From sequence record MN871446.1: a stretch of DNA of 64,000 bases. One strand, 5' to 3'. This DNA is from Klebsiella phage KpLz-2_45. The notes under the pieces are model-generated. The model was not told where the DNA came from and made no database searches. It saw only the letters and a list, made by a program, of their open reading frames with translations. Shown piece by piece: positions 19,470 through 27,232 of this stretch. Both the position numbers and the translations under genes were made by a program. The first letter of the stretch is position 1. The number at the start of each line of letters is the position of its first letter.

Positions 19470-20114
19470 ATGTTTGATAAAAACGCAGCATTAAAATTAC
19501 AGCAGTCGTTAAAGAACGCAGGTTTCGATCCGAAAGGCGTTGATGGTTTATGGGGTAAGAACTCGCAAGCGGCACTTGATGCTTCTTTCGAGAAGTATGA
19601 CATCGCGTGGAGTGCAATCCCCTCACTGGAGTTCGTCAACAAGACGAAAGACATCGTGGCAAAATTAGGCGGTGATCCGAGTCATTTGATGTCGTGCATG
19701 GCGTTTGAAACCGGCCGTACCTTTAGCCCCACAATTAAAAACGGTGCAGGTGCGCCTTACTGGGGAATCATTCAGGGCGGTGCCGCATTCTGCAAAGACG
19801 TCGGGATCACACTTGATCAGTGGAAGTCCATGACCAACGTACAACAGCTAGACTACGTCTATAAATGGTATATCCCTTATAAAGGGAAACTGAACGATCT
19901 GCCGTCTTGGTATTTAAGAATTCTCTGGCCCGTTGCCGTGACCAAACCGGATTCTTACGTCATGTGGGACAGTAAAACGCGTCCGACGACCTATATCCAG
20001 AACAAGGGTCTCGACGTGAACAAAGATGGGTTGATTACGCGTGGGGAAGTGGCTAAAGTTATTTACAACATGTATGCGGAAGGTTGTTTAATCGAAAAAC
20101 GCCGACCGCTTTAA
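19470..20114 (+). CDS. modular endolysin: N-terminal peptidoglycan-binding domain plus C-terminal lysozyme-like catalytic domain
   Basis: N-terminus LKLQQSLKNAGFDPKGVDGLWGKNSQAALDA matches PG_binding_1; architecture resembles the modular endolysins of large Gram-negative myoviruses (recalled from memory). Confidence 0.55.
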   Translation: MFDKNAALKLQQSLKNAGFDPKGVDGLWGKNSQAALDASFEKYDIAWSAIPSLEFVNKTKDIVAKLGGDPSHLMSCMAFETGRTFSPTIKNGAGAPYWGIIQGGAAFCKDVGITLDQWKSMTNVQQLDYVYKWYIPYKGKLNDLPSWYLRILWPVAVTKPDSYVMWDSKTRPTTYIQNKGLDVNKDGLITRGEVAKVIYNMYAEGCLIEKRRPL

Positions 20115-20124
20115 GCGAGGCGAT

Positions 20125-20250
20125 ATGGGTGTGAGTACTCTTACCGGTGTTGACGTTATAATTATTTGCACCGGTATTCTTGTCACCATGGCTACAACAG
20201 CGTTTGTTATTTCTATCCTGTTTGATGACAAAAATAAAAAAGATGAATAA
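20125..20250 (+). CDS. 41-aa single-pass membrane peptide (holin or lysis-regulator candidate)
   Basis: MGVSTLTGVDVIIICTGILVTMATTAFVISILFDDKNKKDE; ATG 10 nt after endolysin stop with a GAGG RBS; followed by terminator 20256-20290; not in the ORF track (<60 aa). Confidence 0.4.
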   Translation: MGVSTLTGVDVIIICTGILVTMATTAFVISILFDDKNKKDE

Positions 20251-20255
20251 ATAAA

Positions 20256-20290
20256 AGAGAGAGTCCATTTGGACTCTCTCTTTGTGTTTT
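20256..20290. terminator. bidirectional terminator after the lysis genes
   Basis: AGAGAGAGTCC-ATTT-GGACTCTCTCT plus TTGTGTTTT; shared by convergent genes. Confidence 0.7.
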
Positions 20291-20888
20291 ACCCTAAATG
20301 CTTCACCGCGAGATCGAAAACTTTTTGCTTCACGTCATCGAAGGTGAACAGACGTTCGTAAGCGGTTTCTTTCTGGTTCCACAACTTGTCCATCAAAAAG
20401 ACGTTACTGACTTCGTTGCGATCAGTACCATTCCAGTGCGGGTTATCGTCAAAGAGGTAATACTGATACCCCTTAAGGTTCTGGTCTAACCACGTCTTTT
20501 TACACGGCACAATGGCAGGGTCAAGGAAAACCCCTTCCATCTCAATACCCAGACGATCAAACTGTTTCTGCGTAAACTCTGCTGCGCGAGGATGATACCC
20601 GCGGTGCGTGGCGAACATCGTTTGAATGCGAGAACCAAAGACCGTTTGCATTTCTTTAATGAGCGAAGGGAGTTGCTCAAAACCCGAAACCCATTCTGCT
20701 TCTTCCATGAAATGACCGTCTTCTAAAACCGCCTTGAGGTAAGGTGCTTCAAACGGATCGGTTCTCGAGAGACGGTTCTTCCAAACCAGACCACAGTTGA
20801 AGGTCCGATTGATCCAATTAGTCATCGCCACTTCAGTTTCGAATTTAGTGTCATCTAAATCGAAAACGAACATCAACTTTTCCATCAT
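20289..20888 (-). CDS. HAD-superfamily 5'(3')-deoxyribonucleotidase-like protein (NT5C family)
   Basis: N-terminal VFDLDDT (HAD motif I DxDxT); C-terminal YYLFDDNPH resembles the NT5C motif; 199 aa. Confidence 0.45.
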   Translation of the reverse strand: MMEKLMFVFDLDDTKFETEVAMTNWINRTFNCGLVWKNRLSRTDPFEAPYLKAVLEDGHFMEEAEWVSGFEQLPSLIKEMQTVFGSRIQTMFATHRGYHPRAAEFTQKQFDRLGIEMEGVFLDPAIVPCKKTWLDQNLKGYQYYLFDDNPHWNGTDRNEVSNVFLMDKLWNQKETAYERLFTFDDVKQKVFDLAVKHLG

Positions 20889-21385
20889 TTACCTTTACGT
20901 TGAATGTAGAGTTCAAGCGACTCTTTGAGATTCTCAAGGAAGCTTTGGTTTTGACTGGTCAATTTCAAAGTTCCACCGCTCCCGGAAATGACCAGAGTTT
21001 GCCAGAATAAAGAAATGGCGTTAAACTTCCTCAGATCGATGTGGAGCGTATGAGGTCCCCAATAGACCATTATCTCAAGGTCTTGAATAAAACGCGTTCT
21101 AGGGTGTTCTGAGGAGTTCTCAAAGACCCCTTCGTGAAGAAGATAGTCCGACCACTGCGAGATGATATATTTAAAGACGGTTTCCGCCTCTACAAGGTCA
21201 AGCGTTTGGATGTTAGTGATGTTGTTATCCTGGTCGATAACCGAGACAAAAGTTTTCGGATAGAGCGTACCTAAACTCTGCGCTTTATCAACGTTTTTGA
21301 TTCGGTTAAGGTCAACGTAGTAAACACCCTTGGTCGTCGAGATGAACAGTTTATCCGACTGTATCCGTTGTAAAAGAGTTTCCAT
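20885..21385 (-). CDS. hypothetical protein 166 aa (middle gene of the DHH operon)
   Basis: 4-nt ATGA overlap with the downstream gene and 5-nt gap to the upstream DHH gene. Confidence 0.5.
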   Translation of the reverse strand: METLLQRIQSDKLFISTTKGVYYVDLNRIKNVDKAQSLGTLYPKTFVSVIDQDNNITNIQTLDLVEAETVFKYIISQWSDYLLHEGVFENSSEHPRTRFIQDLEIMVYWGPHTLHIDLRKFNAISLFWQTLVISGSGGTLKLTSQNQSFLENLKESLELYIQRKGK

Positions 21386-21390
21386 CGATA

Positions 21391-22353
21391 TTACCCTTTG
21401 TTATTTGTACCCAGTTCACTGTATTGATCGAGTAAAAAGTTAAGATACGCCTCATGGGGATCAGTGCGGAAAATCATCTCATGAAGCACGGTAAAAGGCA
21501 CAGGATGGTCAAAGACCCCGCCAGCAGCCTCAGCGTGCCCACCACCGTTAAATCGCACCGCGGCTTGTTGTGCCAAACCTGTCCCTTTGCGTGATCGGAA
21601 CGACAAACCGAGACCGTTCCGGTTTAACGTTACGTTCACGACCAGATTAACTTTGTCGTCTTGGGCCATGATTGTACTGGCCGCTTCAGAAGCGTAATAA
21701 TACGGAGCAGAAATATACGCCACTGAGAAAGGACTTTCTGCCGCCTCTTCAATAATGACTGCTTTATTCAGGTGAAACGCAATATTTTTATCCCGACCTT
21801 TTACTAACAGTTCGGCCTGCGGGCGGAGAATTTCTTCAACTTGTTCTTTGCTGTATTTAAACAACCCAATGAAAGGTGGGAAAATTTCATCCTTATCCCC
21901 CTTCCTCAAATACTGAACAAAGAGCTCGTGGTAATTCCGTTCGCTCTCTTCTGCAATCCAGAGGTCGCGGTTATTGATTAAACGAATCACTTCTGGCATA
22001 GGGGTAGAATTAACATATTTCCATGCTAAACCCGCCCCTGAAAGTTCTGTGTCGAAATAAACAACCGTCGCCCCGAAGAATTTTTGGATCTTATCACATT
22101 CTTCTTTTTTGTCTGCATGATGATCGAGGATCACAATAGACCGTATACGTGCCGCGTTCTTCTCAACCCATTCAAACGGCGGAGTGAAATCGACAAAAAC
22201 AATATGCACCGGCTCCTCATTTTCTAAGTCCGGCATAGCACGGTAGTTTACCGGGATGAAAGTCTGCAGCCTTGTATATTGATACATGATTGCCGCCGCC
22301 GCAAAACCGTCCATGCAAAGGTCGTGGTAATAAACGATTATTTCATTATTCAT
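21391..22353 (-). CDS. DHH/DHHA1-family phosphoesterase (NrnA- or GdpP-like)
   Basis: LDHHADKK (DHH motif) and C-terminal RFNGGGHAEAAGG (DHHA1 GGGH motif); RBS GGAG; preceded by terminator 22370-22395. Confidence 0.7.
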   Translation of the reverse strand: MNNEIIVYYHDLCMDGFAAAAIMYQYTRLQTFIPVNYRAMPDLENEEPVHIVFVDFTPPFEWVEKNAARIRSIVILDHHADKKEECDKIQKFFGATVVYFDTELSGAGLAWKYVNSTPMPEVIRLINNRDLWIAEESERNYHELFVQYLRKGDKDEIFPPFIGLFKYSKEQVEEILRPQAELLVKGRDKNIAFHLNKAVIIEEAAESPFSVAYISAPYYYASEAASTIMAQDDKVNLVVNVTLNRNGLGLSFRSRKGTGLAQQAAVRFNGGGHAEAAGGVFDHPVPFTVLHEMIFRTDPHEAYLNFLLDQYSELGTNNKG

Positions 22354-22369
22354 AAATTCTCCAAAAAAA

Positions 22370-22395
22370 TAAAAGAGGGGAAAATTCCCCTCTGT
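22370..22395 (-). terminator. terminator upstream of the DHH operon
   Basis: AGAGGGGAA-TTTT-CCCCTCT, then T-run on the minus strand, then GGAG RBS. Confidence 0.6.
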
Positions 22396-22400
22396 GATAG

Positions 22401-22652
22401 TTAGGCCAGGATTTTTAAAATCTGACGACCGTAGAACGTTTGGGTTAAGACGTTCAATTTAAACTCGGCCTTTTCAGGATAAACAATGAATTGTTCGCAG
22501 ATATTTTTCGTCTCGTCAAAACGAAGACGTTTAAAAATCCGTTCCGCGACCCGTTTCATGATTTTTGCTTTTCCGTTGTGTTCGCGAAAGGCTATGGCTA
22601 ATGTAACGAGAAGATCGATCATCTCGTGATCAATTAAACGTCTATCACTCAT
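22401..22652 (-). CDS. hypothetical protein 83 aa
   Basis: ORF track. Confidence 0.4.
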   Translation of the reverse strand: MSDRRLIDHEMIDLLVTLAIAFREHNGKAKIMKRVAERIFKRLRFDETKNICEQFIVYPEKAEFKLNVLTQTFYGRQILKILA

Positions 22653-22996
22653 CCCGCGACATCCAGATTAGTGTAAAGTACAGAACAAGTGTCATCTCCG
22701 TCAAAAACAACACCGCTTTCATTCAACCAACGAACGGTTTCTTTTTTCTGCGTGAAAGAGACCGTACTGTAAACTTTATACCCTGGCGTCTGCGCCTCAC
22801 CTTCCATGGCAGAAAGCGAAGAAGGCTTAGCACGCATAAAGGTGACATGAACGGTTTTAGGGTTAACGCCAGGGAACAACGTCACCGCGTTTTTAACCTC
22901 AGTGTTGACGCGATCGATACAAGCGCTATTCGGCGCAGCTTGGGCGGTCGTAGCAGTGAACAGTAGAGCGATGGCCATCAAAGTAATCTTTTTCAT
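22649..22996 (-). CDS. secreted protein 115 aa
   Basis: N-terminus MKKITLMAIALLFTATTAQA is a Sec signal peptide with AQA cleavage motif. Confidence 0.5.
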   Translation of the reverse strand: MKKITLMAIALLFTATTAQAAPNSACIDRVNTEVKNAVTLFPGVNPKTVHVTFMRAKPSSLSAMEGEAQTPGYKVYSTVSFTQKKETVRWLNESGVVFDGDDTCSVLYTNLDVAG

Positions 22997-23092
22997 TTTC
23001 TTCTCCTTCTAAAACGCGGTTCTTTTGTTCGTTGTCTAAGTGAATCCCGATTTCGCTCATAGCGGCAAAGAAATCGTCGTCGGTGAAATTTT

Positions 23093-23518
23093 TCATTCTG
23101 TTACGATAAAACCAAAATTGTTTAACGGTCGGAAAGACCCGTGATCGATAAAACGAGAATAGTCGGAAAGCGTTTCGTACCATCTCAAAATTGAGGGCGT
23201 GAGATTGTAGTACTCAATTCCCTCAATGATAGTTAACCAACTGGTCTCAGTTTGAATATCCAGTAAATATCCTTCATAATCGCAATTTAAAATATCGTAG
23301 AGCGTTTCTACGAACAATTCGGTATCTACATCAGAAAGGTGAAGATCACTTCTGGAGAGCGTTTGTAGCGCCTTAAAAATAGGACCTAGCGTTTCAAAAA
23401 CTTCCATCCCGTGATAACTCGCGAGTATCCGGATGAATGGCGGATACTCAACGAAAAATCGGCTACGCGACCCCCGGGTAATATCGTAAGTCATCAGGGC
23501 GACGCTCCTTGAGTTCAC
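23093..23518 (-). CDS. hypothetical protein (~130-141 aa; start uncertain)
   Basis: ORF track; overlaps 23463-23696 at its 5' end. Confidence 0.4.
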   Translation of the reverse strand: MNSRSVALMTYDITRGSRSRFFVEYPPFIRILASYHGMEVFETLGPIFKALQTLSRSDLHLSDVDTELFVETLYDILNCDYEGYLLDIQTETSWLTIIEGIEYYNLTPSILRWYETLSDYSRFIDHGSFRPLNNFGFIVTE

Positions 23519-23696
23519 GGACTAAAACTTTCAATGGCGACGGCGAGAGTGTCACTTTCATCAGCCAGTTATAACAGTCAATTTCTTTGACTTTAGTCGC
23601 CATTAACCGGGCGGCTGTTTTGATAGCCGTTTGAGTTTTGTGCTCGCTGTACGCCAGTTGTAACGTGAGAAGAATGTGGTCCCATTCAGTTTCCAT
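23463..23696 (-). CDS. hypothetical protein 77 aa
   Basis: ORF track. Confidence 0.35.
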   Translation of the reverse strand: METEWDHILLTLQLAYSEHKTQTAIKTAARLMATKVKEIDCYNWLMKVTLSPSPLKVLVRELKERRPDDLRYYPGVA

Positions 23697-23698
23697 GA

Positions 23699-24121
23699 TT
23701 AGCTCCGTGTGAAAATGTCTACCCCAAAGAATCCTGGGGCGTCTTTGTAACTGTCACCCAACTTCCAATAGTCATTGAAGGTGCGGCGTTTAAGGGTTAT
23801 CACTCCTTCGTATTCGATCAAAGTTTTATCCGTAATGGCGATATCGGCTTTGATCCCTTTGTCGGTCAGTCTGAAATTACCGATGAAGTGAGAAGGCGTC
23901 ACGATCTTTCTAAAACGTGCGAAGAATTCGTTAGTATTTTCCCAAGCGAGTTTAGTTAATTGAGGATTAAGTTCACCCTCAAGAACTTGTCTGGTTTTAA
24001 ACGCCCTTGATAACCGTTCGATATCGGCAGCGCGCAGGTAGTTCGGTAAGGGGAGATAAATATTAACTAGTTTACTAACATTAGCCGGTTTAAACACGTT
24101 GAATACCCTTTCATGAAACAA
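23699..24121 (-). CDS. hypothetical protein 140 aa
   Basis: ORF track; terminator hairpin just upstream at 24129-24149. Confidence 0.45.
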   Translation of the reverse strand: MFHERVFNVFKPANVSKLVNIYLPLPNYLRAADIERLSRAFKTRQVLEGELNPQLTKLAWENTNEFFARFRKIVTPSHFIGNFRLTDKGIKADIAITDKTLIEYEGVITLKRRTFNDYWKLGDSYKDAPGFFGVDIFTRS

Positions 24122-24150
24122 AACAAATAAGGGCGAAAACGCCCTTAGAA

Positions 24151-24318
24151 TTAAATTTTACATGCCCCGCCTTCGCAGTCATCGCTGGCTTCGATTTCGG
24201 GTTGTTCTTCGATAAACGCTTCGGCTTTCGCTAACGCCGATTCCGCTTCTTCTTCGCTCAGAGTGAATGAATCAAAATCCAGACTTTCGTCTTTCTTTTC
24301 AGGGGTGGTTTGTGACAT
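24151..24318 (-). CDS. 55-aa highly acidic protein
   Basis: MSQTTPEKKDESLDFDSFTLSEEEAESALAKAEAFIEEQPEIEASDDCEGGACKI; many D/E, very few K/R; flanked by terminators; not in the ORF track. Confidence 0.4.
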   Translation of the reverse strand: MSQTTPEKKDESLDFDSFTLSEEEAESALAKAEAFIEEQPEIEASDDCEGGACKI

Positions 24319-24384
24319 GGTAACGCTATCCTTTCTTTATTCTAGGCGGCTTGCCTCAAAGAAAGACAGAATAAACTTAAAAAA

Positions 24385-24421
24385 GAAAAAGATCTAGGAG
24401 CGGAGAGGGTTTACCCTCTCC
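24385..24421 (-). terminator. terminator
   Basis: GGAGAGGG-TTTA-CCCTCTCC followed on the minus strand by T-rich run. Confidence 0.6.
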
Positions 24422-24431
24422 ACCCACTTGT

Positions 24432-24902
24432 TTAGCCGAGATAGAAGCAGTTACCGCCTTTATTTTCGGCGACGATTTTCTTGAGCCCGTTGGTTGAGAA
24501 AACAACGAAGGTCTCCGGATGATCTTGTACGTAAACCTTAACGGTTTTTGCTTTGGTTTTCTTAACGCCTTCGAAGAACAAGCGCCAGTTACTTGCCCCA
24601 ACTGTAGAAGCAGGAGAGATCATCTGGTACTTCTGACCGGCCATTTCGATAACCAGCGCGTAGCGATCATCATCGCTGGAAAGCGAGTTGCCATTAGTAC
24701 CGTTCAGAAACAGCGCTTGAACCGGCCATTGGTCGCCAGTATCGCGGCAAGAGAATGCGAGCGAGAAACCGTCGCTATTTTCGGTGTAGAACTCCAGAGT
24801 ACCCTGCTGATAAGATTCGGTCCAATTATTGACGATGGCCATGGCATTGAAGGATGCGATAGAGGACAGGGCGATGAGTGAAGCAGCAATGAATTTTTTC
24901 AT
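24432..24902 (-). CDS. secreted protein 156 aa
   Basis: Signal peptide MKKFIAASLIALSSIASFNAMA. Confidence 0.5.
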   Translation of the reverse strand: MKKFIAASLIALSSIASFNAMAIVNNWTESYQQGTLEFYTENSDGFSLAFSCRDTGDQWPVQALFLNGTNGNSLSSDDDRYALVIEMAGQKYQMISPASTVGASNWRLFFEGVKKTKAKTVKVYVQDHPETFVVFSTNGLKKIVAENKGGNCFYLG

Positions 24903-24970
24903 GGGATAGACCTTATTAAGTTAATGTAAATAGATAGATAGTTGAACGACAAGGAAACTGCGTCAGTGGA

Positions 24971-25279
24971 CTAGTACCAGTAATTACGGGAATGAAACGA
25001 TTCCCTTGCTACCGCTTCTCTTGTTTTCTGATAAACGAGACCTTCGAAGACAGCGCGCATGATCCAGAAAGCGACATGACTGATCAGGTAGCCGATTTTA
25101 CTTAAGAAACAAGTCCAATCACGGAGTTTTCTTATCGAGCGACCTTTCCAGGAATTATCGTAAAGGACTTCTGGTGTTGCGCACTTTGCAGTTAACTTTT
25201 TGTTAGCGATGTAGGTTAAGAAAGTGATCATCGCCAGGACAGCAAAAGTAACAACAGAAATGAACAGATAGAATTCCAT
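24971..25279 (-). CDS. single-pass membrane protein 102 aa
   Basis: N-terminal hydrophobic helix FISVVTFAVLAMITFLTYI. Confidence 0.45.
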   Translation of the reverse strand: MEFYLFISVVTFAVLAMITFLTYIANKKLTAKCATPEVLYDNSWKGRSIRKLRDWTCFLSKIGYLISHVAFWIMRAVFEGLVYQKTREAVARESFHSRNYWY

Positions 25280-25299
25280 GGAGTAGTCCTCGGTTTGTC

Positions 25300-25608
25300 T
25301 TAAAGTGGTTGGTAGTCAGCATCATCAAATTTGTCGTGCCACGTGCGACGGTTCTTGCCGGACACGCGATGGCGGTTACGATGACGTTTGTGTTTTTCTT
25401 TTTGTCTTTCCGTTGGTTCACCGTAGAAAAGAACATCGTTAACAGCAGGTTCTTCGTTAACAATTTCTTCGGCGGCACAAACTACTTCGGTCGTTACCTC
25501 TTCGGTAACGACGTCGGCGTCAACCTTACCGCGGTAGAATATGGTAAAAAATGCACTACAGAGTAAACCAATGACAACAAGAATAGCAAAAATGATTAAA
25601 AAAGTCAT
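25300..25608 (-). CDS. single-pass membrane protein 102 aa with basic C-tail
   Basis: N-terminal TM LIIFAILVVIGLLCSAFFTIF; C-terminal KHKRHRNRHR. Confidence 0.45.
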   Translation of the reverse strand: MTFLIIFAILVVIGLLCSAFFTIFYRGKVDADVVTEEVTTEVVCAAEEIVNEEPAVNDVLFYGEPTERQKEKHKRHRNRHRVSGKNRRTWHDKFDDADYQPL

Positions 25609-25681
25609 GGTTATATCTCCTTATTTTTAGCGAACAAAGTTTTTAAAGTTTAACTACGAACTCAACGACGACAATTTTTAC

Positions 25682-25954
25682 TTAGCACCAATAGTTATTA
25701 ATTTCCAACTCTACTTCAATTACGTATTTAAAAACCAACGCGGAAACAGGCACGAAGATAAAGAGGATTGCGTAATACGGTACAAACGCGCAGCTCAACA
25801 GAGCAGAGATACCGACCAAGCAAGAGAAGATGTAGCAACCTTTAATGATCTCATTGCGTTTTTCGATATCGAATAACTTATTACGATCAACGGCAACTGC
25901 AATGATAATCGCTATCGCTGCTAATAAGCCCATTACGATAGTAAAGATTAACAT
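25682..25954 (-). CDS. small polytopic membrane protein 90 aa
   Basis: Three hydrophobic segments. Confidence 0.45.
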   Translation of the reverse strand: MLIFTIVMGLLAAIAIIIAVAVDRNKLFDIEKRNEIIKGCYIFSCLVGISALLSCAFVPYYAILFIFVPVSALVFKYVIEVELEINNYWC

Positions 25955-26289
25955 AATTTTTTCCTTTTACTTTAAGAGTAGACTTAGATGTGAGAGAGTT
26001 GTTTGCGTTATAAGAGTCGCATACGGCGATGTCCAGAACCAGACGGCGAAGCCTGTCATTTGTTCTGCAACTACCGAACCAGTAAGAGGGTTTACTGCTA
26101 TTGTCCCTGAACTCTGATCTTTCCTCGATTTCGGAAGAGTCAGTAGGTACAACGCCACAGCCTCGATTACAGGTGTCGGGTGAGTAACGAGAAATATCGT
26201 CTTATAACGGTTTGAGAGTGTGAGAATTTAATTTAGCTTATCGTAAGGCGTTTCCTTCTTATCTCGTGTGCCAAGGGTGAGGTGACGAC

Positions 26290-26577
26290 TTAAGCGGTTA
26301 CCGCTGCGTCAGAGACGTCGGTCTCGCCTGCGTCAGTCGCAGTCTCGCCGTCAGTGGCAGGAGAAATGACGGTTTTGAGGTTGTTGTAGCTATCGTGAAT
26401 ATAGCTGAAGATAACCAAGACCGCAAAAGCGTAGGCCGCCACTTCCATGGCAGTAGCCATGCAGAACGCGGCGAAGATTGCCAGCGCGGCAACGATCAGG
26501 GTGTCGGTGATGAAAGCAAAGATTGCTTTGGTTTTCTCAGTGAAAGAGAAAGAGAAGAACGCTTTGATTTTTTCCAT
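26290..26577 (-). CDS. small membrane protein 95 aa with acidic C-tail
   Basis: Two hydrophobic segments, then ATDGETATDAGETDVSDAAVTA. Confidence 0.45.
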   Translation of the reverse strand: MEKIKAFFSFSFTEKTKAIFAFITDTLIVAALAIFAAFCMATAMEVAAYAFAVLVIFSYIHDSYNNLKTVISPATDGETATDAGETDVSDAAVTA

Positions 26578-26657
26578 GATAATTTACCTTTTGAATTGAA
26601 TATTTTAACTACGGGTGAGAGTGCACTACTCACGCTGTTGAGAGGCAGCGCTTACTA

Positions 26658-26777
26658 CTATTTGACCGCTTTTAAGTAACTCCCTACGGCGACGGCGAAA
26701 ACACAGGCCGGGAGTAAAGCCAAGTCAAGAATAAGTACCGAGGAAATAATTCCCAGTACCGCGAAAGACGTTTTCAT
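26658..26777 (-). CDS. 39-aa hydrophobic peptide
   Basis: MKTSFAVLGIISSVLILDLALLPACVFAVAVGSYLKAVK; its start overlaps the upstream stop (TAATG). Confidence 0.3.
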   Translation of the reverse strand: MKTSFAVLGIISSVLILDLALLPACVFAVAVGSYLKAVK

Positions 26778-26947
26778 TACAACGCCTCCGGTGAATGGGT
26801 TGCGTTGAAATTGGCTTTGTTAGTTTGCTCTTCTAAAAACGCTCCGGCGGCCCCTGCTATGAAAGCTACCAGAAGTGTTGGGATGATAGTCAGTTCAAAG
26901 AAGGTGCAGATCAGCAGGGTGAGAATTAATGCGATGAAGTAAGTCAT
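26777..26947 (-). CDS. 56-aa membrane peptide
   Basis: MTYFIALILTLLICTFFELTIIPTLLVAFIAGAAGAFLEEQ...; not in the ORF track. Confidence 0.3.
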   Translation of the reverse strand: MTYFIALILTLLICTFFELTIIPTLLVAFIAGAAGAFLEEQTNKANFNATHSPEAL

Positions 26948-26962
26948 GATGATTTCTCCTTC

Positions 26963-27121
26963 TTAGGGTAAATAGGTAACGGTGACTAACAGAGCGAACG
27001 GTGAAACGATATACCAGACGAGCACAGAGACGAATCCGTAAAGGATGGCCATCGGTAACGAGACGCCGAAACAAAGCAACGCAATGAGCGTGACAATTAA
27101 TAAAAGTATACTTTCTTTCAT
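26963..27121 (-). CDS. 52-aa membrane peptide (first gene behind cassette 27138-27216)
   Basis: MKESILLLIVTLIALLCFGVSLPMAILYGFVSVLVWYIVSPFALLVTVTYLP; RBS AAGAGGTAAAG; cassette immediately upstream. Confidence 0.35.
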   Translation of the reverse strand: MKESILLLIVTLIALLCFGVSLPMAILYGFVSVLVWYIVSPFALLVTVTYLP

Positions 27122-27137
27122 TTTACTTTACCTCTTA

Positions 27138-27216
27138 TTGGTTTAGTTATTTGGAAAAGACTTTTTCCTTTCCTATTTCACCTTAGCAATATATACATCA
27201 AAAAAACTGCATTTCG
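27138..27216. promoter_or_regulatory. recurrent cassette, copy 2 (between divergent membrane-protein genes)
   Basis: TTTTTTTGATGTATATATTGCTAAGGTGAAATAGGAAAGGAAAAAGTCTTTTCC AAATAACTAAACCAATAAGAGG ... ATG. Confidence 0.55.
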
Positions 27217-27232
27217 ATTTATTGAAGTTTTT

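Noticed and set aside
22926-23183. 85-aa ORF overlapping 22649-22996 and 23093-23518
   Set aside because: It overlaps two better-supported ORFs on the same strand and has no independent start signal.
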